A stretch of DNA of 50,146 nt from Vicinamibacteria bacterium (lineage in GTDB: Bacteria > Acidobacteriota > Vicinamibacteria > Fen-336 > JAGNNV01), in contig DAORUA010000001.1 of assembly GCA_035432945.1 (NCBI GenBank), positions 3,500 through 53,645 on the forward strand. The letters are read 5' to 3'. The notes under the pieces are model-generated. The model did not search any database. It was not told the origin of the DNA and was given only the letters and a program-made list of their open reading frames with translations. Shown piece by piece: positions 26,363 through 33,548 of the stretch; the stretch's first letter is position 1, and every line of letters begins with the position of its first letter. A program made the translations under genes and the position numbers.

Positions 26363-29002
26363 CTACGTGAGCCCGGCGCCCTCGTCGCGAAGCAGGAGGT
26401 CGTTCACGGTGAGCGCCACCGCGGAGGTTTCGAACAGCTCCGCCGCGCCGATCGGCGCTTCGGCCCCCGCCTTCAGACACTCGCCGGTGGCCTTCAGTTC
26501 GAGGGCATGGCCCTTGTCGGCCTCGCTCGACTCCCAAAGCACTTCACCGGTGGACTGGCGGACGAGCTTCTTGAAGTCGTCGATCAGGTACGACTCCTGG
26601 TCGCAGAAGACCTCGATCCTCTCCTTGCCGAGACCGGCCTTGGGTCCGAGCGCGGTGTAGACGAGGTTCCCGAGGCTGCCGTCCTCGTAGCCGATGGTGG
26701 CGCAGAAATTGTCGGTGCGGGCGAAGGGCCGATCGCCGGGCCGGATCGCGGTCGCGTCGATCGATGTCGCCGGAGCGCCCGCGAGGGACCGCATCAGGTC
26801 GTACATGTGGCAGGCCTCGCCGAGGTTGCGTCCGCCGCCGTGAGCGCCGTGGACCCAGTGATCGAGAGGAATGTAGCCCGCGTGCAGCCGATAGTTGATG
26901 ACGAGGGGGGACCGCCGGTCTTTCAGGATCTCGCGGAGGCGGGCCACGGCCGGCGCGAAGCGCCGATTGAAGCCGACCATCAGGAACCTGCGATCCGAAC
27001 GGGCCCAGGAGGCCTCCACGCGTTCGAGCTCGGTCCAGGTCAGGGCCAGGGGTTTCTCGACGAAGACCGCCCGGCCCGCGTCGAGGCACTTGACCACCTG
27101 ATCCGCGTGCTCGTGATGCCGGGTGGCCACCACCAGGAGCGAGATCTCCGGCCGGGTCAGGACCTCGTCGAGACCGCTCGCGAGAATCTCCACCCGGTTC
27201 GCGCGCGCGAAGTTGCCGCCGCGGACCGCGTCCCGGCTGACCACGCCGCGCAGGAAGAAGAGATCCTTCAGCCGGTCCATCTGGGGCACCAGGGTCGAGA
27301 CCCCGAACCCTCCAGCGCCCACCAGGGCGTAGGAGGCGGGGCCGGCGGCGGGCGCCTTTCGATGGCCCCCGAGGGTCAGCGCGGTGTCCGCGCTCGTGGC
27401 CGGGGTGGAGGAGTACTCGAGGGCCACGCCGAGCGGCGCTTCGGCCGCGGACTCCGCGAGTTCCTTGTAGACCTCGGGGGCCTTCTCGAAGGGAACGACC
27501 CGGTCGGTCAGGCTGCGCACCGAGACGCGGCCGGTGGAGATCGCCTCCAGGAAGGCGGCCATGTTGCGGTTCAAGGTCCAGCGCACGTAGGGCAGCGGGT
27601 AGTCGATGCCCTGTTCCTCGTACCGCGCGTCGTAGCGGCCGGGGCCGTAGGACGTGCTCATGAGCAGGTCGATTTCCTTGCGGTAGAACTGCGCGCGCTC
27701 CGCCTTGAGGCCGATGTCGCCCACGATGACCACCCGCGCCCGTCGCCGCGCCACTTCCATGGCGAGGTTCAGGATGGCATCCGATTTGGAGGCCGCGGTG
27801 ATGATGACGGCATCGACACCCTGGCCCTGGGTGAGGTCGCGGACCAGGCGCCGGAAACTCTCGGGGTCCGCGCTTCCATCGGTAAGGCCGAGCGCCATCG
27901 CGCGCTTCACCCGGTCGGCGGACAGATCGAGGCCCAGGACCGAGCATCCGCCGGCCTTGAGCAGTTGCGCGGTCAGCTGGCCGATGAGGCCGAGGCCGAT
28001 CACCGCGATGCGCTCGCCCAGTTCCGGTCGCGCCCGTCGCACCCCCTGAAGGGCGATGGATCCGATCGTGGTCGCCGAAGCCTCCATGAGGTCCACGCCC
28101 TCGGGGACGCGGACCACGAGGTTCCTGGGCACGCTCACGAACTCGGCGTGGTTCGCAAGGCCGGCCCCGCAGGCCGCGACCCTGTCCCCGATCGCGAGAT
28201 CTTCGATCCCCGCGCCCAGGCCCACGATCTCGCCGGCCACGGAGTAGCCGATGTTGAAACCGATGTCGTCGATGTCCCTCGCGGCCGAGGCCTCGGACCC
28301 GTCGATGGCCTGCGCTTCGACCGATTCGAAGGTGGCGCTGCCGGGGATCTCCTGGGCCGCGATCACCACCGAGAAGGCGGGCGAGGAGTCGGCGGTGATG
28401 ACGAGGGTGTCGTCGATGCCGCCCGGCCCGAACTCGCGCGACCCGAGCCACCGCACGCCGCCTTCGGAAAGCGCACCGACCTGGAAGCGCCCGTGCGCGA
28501 TCTGGCCGCGCACCCGGATGCAGGGGACCTTGCCCTCGGGGAGAGGTATCTCCGCGGAGACCACCTGGTAATGGCCGGGCGAGCCGCCCGCCTCGACCAG
28601 GAAACCCGTGCCGCGGGGTTCGAACTTCGCCGCCGCGGACCGGGTCCACGTGCCCACGGTGGCGAGGGGATCTCGCGCGAGAGGCTTCGAGGCGAGATTC
28701 GCGAAGGCAGCCTGGGCTCGAACCGCCGCGTGTTCGGAGATCTGATACGCCCGCTTCATGGCGAGGCGCGGATTCCGGGCTGCCGCCTTCAGGTACTTCG
28801 CGATCAGCTGCGCCTTCGCCTGGGCGCCCGCGACCGAGCGCTCGGAAGAGGAAAGACCCGGATCGGGGCGAAGGGAGGAAAGTTCCGTCCCCGTGCTGAC
28901 GTACGAGTAGTGGACCCGGATCAGAACGCCCCCGGGGGCGAGCGAGGGCGCCGGGACTCTGGCCAGAAATGCCCGGCGACTGTTCAGGAGTAATTGTCTC
29001 AA
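26363..29002 (-). CDS. Bi-domain oxidoreductase (MDR alcohol-dehydrogenase-like domain plus Gfo/Idh/MocA domain)
   Basis: ORF track, 879 aa, with a TTG start at 29002..29000 (M)RQLLLNS. The MDR part contains VLIRVHYSYVSTGTE, GYSVAGEIVGLG and the Rossmann motif VIGLGLIG. The Gfo/Idh/MocA part contains YALVGAGGFG and VFVEKPLA. Confidence 0.85.
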   Translation of the reverse strand: MRQLLLNSRRAFLARVPAPSLAPGGVLIRVHYSYVSTGTELSSLRPDPGLSSSERSVAGAQAKAQLIAKYLKAAARNPRLAMKRAYQISEHAAVRAQAAFANLASKPLARDPLATVGTWTRSAAAKFEPRGTGFLVEAGGSPGHYQVVSAEIPLPEGKVPCIRVRGQIAHGRFQVGALSEGGVRWLGSREFGPGGIDDTLVITADSSPAFSVVIAAQEIPGSATFESVEAQAIDGSEASAARDIDDIGFNIGYSVAGEIVGLGAGIEDLAIGDRVAACGAGLANHAEFVSVPRNLVVRVPEGVDLMEASATTIGSIALQGVRRARPELGERIAVIGLGLIGQLTAQLLKAGGCSVLGLDLSADRVKRAMALGLTDGSADPESFRRLVRDLTQGQGVDAVIITAASKSDAILNLAMEVARRRARVVIVGDIGLKAERAQFYRKEIDLLMSTSYGPGRYDARYEEQGIDYPLPYVRWTLNRNMAAFLEAISTGRVSVRSLTDRVVPFEKAPEVYKELAESAAEAPLGVALEYSSTPATSADTALTLGGHRKAPAAGPASYALVGAGGFGVSTLVPQMDRLKDLFFLRGVVSRDAVRGGNFARANRVEILASGLDEVLTRPEISLLVVATRHHEHADQVVKCLDAGRAVFVEKPLALTWTELERVEASWARSDRRFLMVGFNRRFAPAVARLREILKDRRSPLVINYRLHAGYIPLDHWVHGAHGGGRNLGEACHMYDLMRSLAGAPATSIDATAIRPGDRPFARTDNFCATIGYEDGSLGNLVYTALGPKAGLGKERIEVFCDQESYLIDDFKKLVRQSTGEVLWESSEADKGHALELKATGECLKAGAEAPIGAAELFETSAVALTVNDLLLRDEGAGLT

Positions 29003-29047
29003 GGTATTTCCAGACGCAAGGCTTATGGTGGCCGGCTATTTTCGCAC

Positions 29048-29067
29048 AGGGGCTGGAGGAGGCCCCT
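29048..29067 (-). promoter_or_regulatory. Intercistronic hairpin in one of the two gaps over 70 bp within the glycan operon
   Basis: The sequence is aggggc-tggaggag-gcccct (6-bp stem, 8-nt loop) and starts 9 nt after the GT4 stop on the minus strand. No U-tract follows. A comparable imperfect hairpin (GGAGGA/TCCTCC) lies at 23904..23929 in the other gap. Confidence 0.35.
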
Positions 29068-29075
29068 TCAAGAGG

Positions 29076-30245
29076 CTAGGGCCAGGCCAGTCCCACGGCG
29101 TCGAGGAGCGCGCCCCCGGGGTCGCGCGGCGCCTTCTTCCGGGGTTGCGCGCAGACGCTCTCGAAGATGCGGAGCACGCGCTCGACATCATCGGGGAGCG
29201 ACGCCTTTCTTGTGGCCACGGCGCGGCCTTCCTCCCCCAGGGCCGCGCGAAGACGGTCGTCGCGCAGCAACCGGCCGAGGCCTTCGGCTATGGAAGGGGC
29301 GTCGATCTCGGCGAACAGGGCCGACCGACCCTCGTCGACGATTTCGGCGTAGCCAGGCAGGCGGCCCAGCAGGACGGGCGCTCCACAGGCGAGCGCCTCG
29401 AAGAGCGACTGCGGCAGGCCATCGGAAACCGGCGCCATCACCACGGCCGCGGCGGCGGAATAGAGCCCCCGCATCTCCGTCTGCGGCACCGCCCCCACGA
29501 AATGGACCCGCGGGACCAGATCGAGCCCGGCCACTCGCCGCTCGATGTCCCGGCGATACCCGGCGTCCGCGCCGTACTCCGCGATGAGCAGCACGGCGGC
29601 GGGAGACAACCGGGCCACCTCGGCGAAGGCCTCCACGATCAGGTGGATGTTGTAGAGAGGCCGGAGGAGCCGCGGGCTCAGGACCACGAGGGCTTCATCG
29701 GGGAGCTGCAGCCGACGCCGCCAGGCCGCCGCTCCCGCGGGATCGGGGAAGAACTGGCGCGGGTCGATGCCCCAGCGGACCACGTGGGCCTTTCCGCCCA
29801 CGTCGGCCAGTTCGGACAGCGCGGGGAGCAACCCTTCCGATTTGACCAGCAGGGCGTCGGCGCGTTCGAGAATCCGCCGGGTGGCGCGCTTCGCCATCCG
29901 CGAGAGACCGCCCGGATGCTGGTCGGGAAGCACGTCCCCGCCGACCACGTTCACGACCAGGGGTCGGATCCCCGTGAGGAGGGCGAGAGATCCGAGCCGG
30001 CCCCCCGCGTAATGGAGGTGAAGAAGGTCCGGTTCGAACGACCGGACGTCCCGCAGGAAGCCCGCGAGGGCCCGCGCGCCCGCCAGGGGGCTCCGCGGTA
30101 TCGGACGCGTGCGCACCTCGATGCCGGTCACGGGCAGCACGGGACCCAGGGTCACGAGTCGGACCCTCGGGCCGCGGGCCGCGAGCGCCGCGCTGCGGCC
30201 CACCACGTGCACGGACTGCCCGTTTCCGATGACCGCGACCCGCAT
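29076..30245 (-). CDS. GT4 glycosyltransferase
   Basis: The track ORF 29076..30941 is over-extended into the upstream DUF354 gene. The start is ATG 30245..30243 (MRVAVIGNGQSVH). The block MAPVSDGLPQSLFEALACGAPVL is GT4 E-x7-E-like. Confidence 0.85.
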   Translation of the reverse strand: MRVAVIGNGQSVHVVGRSAALAARGPRVRLVTLGPVLPVTGIEVRTRPIPRSPLAGARALAGFLRDVRSFEPDLLHLHYAGGRLGSLALLTGIRPLVVNVVGGDVLPDQHPGGLSRMAKRATRRILERADALLVKSEGLLPALSELADVGGKAHVVRWGIDPRQFFPDPAGAAAWRRRLQLPDEALVVLSPRLLRPLYNIHLIVEAFAEVARLSPAAVLLIAEYGADAGYRRDIERRVAGLDLVPRVHFVGAVPQTEMRGLYSAAAAVVMAPVSDGLPQSLFEALACGAPVLLGRLPGYAEIVDEGRSALFAEIDAPSIAEGLGRLLRDDRLRAALGEEGRAVATRKASLPDDVERVLRIFESVCAQPRKKAPRDPGGALLDAVGLAWP

Positions 30246-30253
30246 GGGTGTCT

Positions 30254-31297
30254 TCAGTTTCCCCGCCCCTTCGCGGCGGCCGCGGTCGCCTCGTTCACCA
30301 CGAAGTCGACGACATCGATGTGGCCCTGCGCGAATTCCCGCGCGCGCGCGCGCCAGGCTGGCCCGGCGGCCGGATCCCCCAGCAGGGCCTCCGCCCGGTC
30401 GAGGGCGGGGGCCACGAGGGGGAACGATTCGACGAGACCGGCTCGCTGCAGCACCTGGAAGTTCCCCATGGTGCCCACCAGCGAGGAAACATAGAGGGAA
30501 GGCGTGCCCAGCAGGCCGGCCTCGGTGGCCATGGTGGCGCCATCTCCGATGACGAGACTGGCCTGGGCCAGGACGTGGTGGATGAGATGGGGCTCGAGCT
30601 TCAGGGCAGAGGATTCGAGGGAAGTCGGGATGCCTCGCTCGGCGCTCACGAAGACGCGGAGATGCCGGCTCAGCCGCCGCACCGCCTCCTCCTGCTGCTC
30701 GACCCCGAACCCGGCGTGTCCCCGGTCGTGACCCGCGGTCCAGGAAACGAAGCGGGCGACCGCGAACGGTTCGCCGGCCCCCACGCCCAGGGCGCCGCGG
30801 ATCGCAGGGTCGGGCGTGAACCGGGCCGGATGCAGATAGGCGAGTTCGTGCAGGCCCCGGTAGCGCCGCTGGCCCGCTCCGATGTCCTTGAGAAATGTGT
30901 AGGGGGTGTAGATCCGGGTGGCGAGGGGATAGGTCAGCCATCGGTCCAGGGCCACGTGCTCCGTATCGGTGAAGACCAGGGATGGGACCCGGCTCAGACG
31001 TCCCGCGGGGGCGATGAACACGCCGCCGATGGCCATGAGGACATCGGGCTGGAAGGAACGCACGAGCCGGAGGAGGCGGAAGAGCCGCAGCGGATACTCC
31101 GCGTACAGCCCGGCCTGGCTCGAGGCGGCCCGGGAGAGAACGACGTGGTCCAGGCCGTGGAGGCGCAGCAGCCGCAGGGTCACGTCCTTGTCGCGGGCGG
31201 AGACACGAACGTCGTGCCCCCGCGCCCTCAGGGTCTCGATGACGCCACGGAAGAAGTGGACGTGCGCGGGGTGCCCGACATCCACGAGGAAACGCAC
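30254..31297 (-). CDS. DUF354-family protein (GT-B-like fold, putative glycosyltransferase/epimerase-like)
   Basis: ORF track, 347 aa, with a GTG start at 31297..31295. The N-terminus (M)RFLVDVGHPAHVHFFRGVIETLRARGH matches the conserved DUF354 opening. Confidence 0.75.
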   Translation of the reverse strand: MRFLVDVGHPAHVHFFRGVIETLRARGHDVRVSARDKDVTLRLLRLHGLDHVVLSRAASSQAGLYAEYPLRLFRLLRLVRSFQPDVLMAIGGVFIAPAGRLSRVPSLVFTDTEHVALDRWLTYPLATRIYTPYTFLKDIGAGQRRYRGLHELAYLHPARFTPDPAIRGALGVGAGEPFAVARFVSWTAGHDRGHAGFGVEQQEEAVRRLSRHLRVFVSAERGIPTSLESSALKLEPHLIHHVLAQASLVIGDGATMATEAGLLGTPSLYVSSLVGTMGNFQVLQRAGLVESFPLVAPALDRAEALLGDPAAGPAWRARAREFAQGHIDVVDFVVNEATAAAAKGRGN

Positions 31298-31302
31298 CGC
31301 CC

Positions 31303-32259
31303 CTACTTCAGTTCCTTGTTTCTTTCCATGTCCATCCAGAGAGCGAACAGGATGCTCTGGATGCCGGAGTTGAGACAGACCGCGGCGAAGATGGCGGACA
31401 CCGCGCTGATCGGGCCCACCGCGAAGCGAAGGTACGCGAGGTAGCCCCCGAAGAGCAGAGAGCCCCCGGTCAGGAGAAGGCCGAAGAACAGGAAGAAGAT
31501 CAGGGGATGGAAGTCCCGGATGATGTACTTCTCCTTCATCCTCCAGAAATAGCAGCGGAACAGCAGCCAGGAGATGGTGGGGATGACCTTGTGGAGGCGG
31601 ATGCCCGAGACCTCGCCCACGTTGTACACCGGCTTGATGGGGACGTCCCGGACCCGGAAATCGTAGTTGTTCAACTCCACCAGCAGGTGGTTGGGGAAAC
31701 CGTAGCGCGGGTAGAGGCGGCGGAGCTGGAGCACGGCCAGGGCCTCCGCGGTGATCACGGTGTAGCCGGTCTGGGAGTCGGCGACGTGCCAGTATCCGGA
31801 CGCGATCTTGGTCAGCAGCGAAAGCACCGCGTTCCCGATGTAGCGGGTGCGGGGAATGAGCTTCCAGGCCTCGCCGGTGATGAGGCGGTTGCCCTTCGCG
31901 TAGTCCACCTCGCCCCGCGCGCAGGGGCCCAGGAGCTTGGGAAGGTCTTCCGGGTCCATCTGGGCGTCGCCGGCCATCACCGCGATGAGGTGCTTCTCGG
32001 CCGCGATGCGAAGGGCGGCTTCGTAACCGGTCACGATGGCCGCGCCCACGCCCTGGTTGTGCGCGTGCCGGATGACCATGAGCCGATTGCCGTGCTGGGA
32101 CTTGAGCGCGTCCAGCCTCTCCGGGGTCTTGTCGGAGGAGGCATCGTCCACCACGATGATGTGATCGACGAACGCCTGGATGCCGTTCACCACGCGGTCG
32201 ATGAGCAACTCCTCGTTGTGAGCAGGGACGACAACCGACACGAGATGTTCCTGGAACAT
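31303..32259 (-). CDS. Membrane-anchored GT2, GtrB/ArnC-like polyprenyl-phosphate glycosyltransferase
   Basis: The track ORF 31303..33309 is over-extended. ATG 32259..32257 has GAAGG 6 nt upstream. The protein starts MFQEHLVSVVVPAHNEE and contains VVDDASSDKT and MAGDAQMDPED. The C-terminal hydrophobic helices include LIFFLFFGLLLTGGSLLFGGYLAYL and ISAVSAIFAAVCLNSGIQSILFALW. Confidence 0.85.
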   Translation of the reverse strand: MFQEHLVSVVVPAHNEELLIDRVVNGIQAFVDHIIVVDDASSDKTPERLDALKSQHGNRLMVIRHAHNQGVGAAIVTGYEAALRIAAEKHLIAVMAGDAQMDPEDLPKLLGPCARGEVDYAKGNRLITGEAWKLIPRTRYIGNAVLSLLTKIASGYWHVADSQTGYTVITAEALAVLQLRRLYPRYGFPNHLLVELNNYDFRVRDVPIKPVYNVGEVSGIRLHKVIPTISWLLFRCYFWRMKEKYIIRDFHPLIFFLFFGLLLTGGSLLFGGYLAYLRFAVGPISAVSAIFAAVCLNSGIQSILFALWMDMERNKELK

Positions 32260-32276
32260 GGGAGCCTTCGGCGAGT

Positions 32277-33548
32277 CTATTTCTTCACGAGCCGAAAGAC
32301 CCGGAAATCCTTCGCGTCCCGGTATTCGAGAACGAGATCGAGCCGGGGCTCGCCACTTTCGGGGGTCGGTGTATCCACCGGCGGATCCGGCTCGCCGGGA
32401 CCGAGGAAGAGATGGGTCACGGAAAACGCCTCCGCCAATCGCGCCACCGGTTCTCCGCGCCGCGTCGTCTCGGCCAGTCGCGCTCGACGGAACGGCTCGG
32501 GGAGCGGCGACGGGGCGGCTCCGTCCGCGAGCGGCGGGAAAAGGACGCGGCGCCCGGCGAGGGCGGCGATCGGCGCGCTGTAGGCGGGCGATGCGAGCAC
32601 CACGCTCGTGGCCGGGACATTCCGCTCGATCCATTCCAGGGGCCTCCGCAGTGCGGAGTTGTCGCCCCTCGATTCGTCGAACCCGGCCACGGTGCCGCGC
32701 GGATCCCACCAGAGGAGGCCGCTGCCGCAGAAGACACAAAGAAGGAGGAGGGCCTCGGCGCGCCGCGTCCGGACCGGCGCATGGAGGGCCGAGCGCAGGG
32801 CGGCCCGCAGCGGCGAGGCGAGCGCGATGGTCGCGCCGACGAGAAGGGCCGCGGCCGCGCCGGGCGCGACGCCCCCCCCGAGGGCGCGCGCGAGCACGGC
32901 CCCGGCGATCCAGGCCGCGGCGACGCTCCACCGGACGCGGTGAAACGCCCTTGCCGCCTTCGGTCCGCGGGCCGCCAGCGCGACCATTCCGGCGAGGGCG
33001 CCGGCGACCACGAGAGCGGCGGGGCGCAGCAGCATCGAGCCAAAGGGAGCAGAGCCCGGCCACAGGCCGCCTCCGAGCGCGATGCAGGCCGCGAAGGCGG
33101 CAGTGGCGCGGTTCTTCAGGAAGGCGAACGGCAACACGGTCAGGAGTCCGAGAGTCAGAAGGGTGGACAACTGGGGAACGAGAACCACCACCGAAAAGGG
33201 AACGCCCGCCGAGGCCAGGGACGAGACCATGGAGGTCCCGGGCTCGGTGCCGACCACGAACCCGCCCTGCTTCGGCTCCGCGCGCGCGTTGACCCCCGCC
33301 TGCGCCCAATCCTCGGTCAGCGCCGGATCCGTGCCAAGCCCCAGGGGCGACGAGATCTGAACCAGCCAGTAGCCAAGCCCCAGGAATCCCCCCAGGCTCA
33401 GAGTCAGGAGGGCGAGCCTGGGTCTTTGACGCGCCCAGGCGATCGCGGCCAGGAGGGCGAAGGCGACGAGCGCGGCCCGGAGCGCCGGGACCGCGGCCTC
33501 CTGGCCGGCGACCAGACCGAGGGCGCCCAGGCCGCGGTCGTGCATCAT
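32277..33548 (-). CDS. Polytopic membrane protein with a C-terminal soluble domain (GT-C-like candidate), paralog of 33545..35272
   Basis: ORF track, 423 aa, with about 8 hydrophobic helices. These are followed by a WWDP motif and a soluble tail of about 130 aa. Its ATG overlaps the upstream TGA (ATGA at 33545..33548). Confidence 0.7.
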   Translation of the reverse strand: MMHDRGLGALGLVAGQEAAVPALRAALVAFALLAAIAWARQRPRLALLTLSLGGFLGLGYWLVQISSPLGLGTDPALTEDWAQAGVNARAEPKQGGFVVGTEPGTSMVSSLASAGVPFSVVVLVPQLSTLLTLGLLTVLPFAFLKNRATAAFAACIALGGGLWPGSAPFGSMLLRPAALVVAGALAGMVALAARGPKAARAFHRVRWSVAAAWIAGAVLARALGGGVAPGAAAALLVGATIALASPLRAALRSALHAPVRTRRAEALLLLCVFCGSGLLWWDPRGTVAGFDESRGDNSALRRPLEWIERNVPATSVVLASPAYSAPIAALAGRRVLFPPLADGAAPSPLPEPFRRARLAETTRRGEPVARLAEAFSVTHLFLGPGEPDPPVDTPTPESGEPRLDLVLEYRDAKDFRVFRLVKK

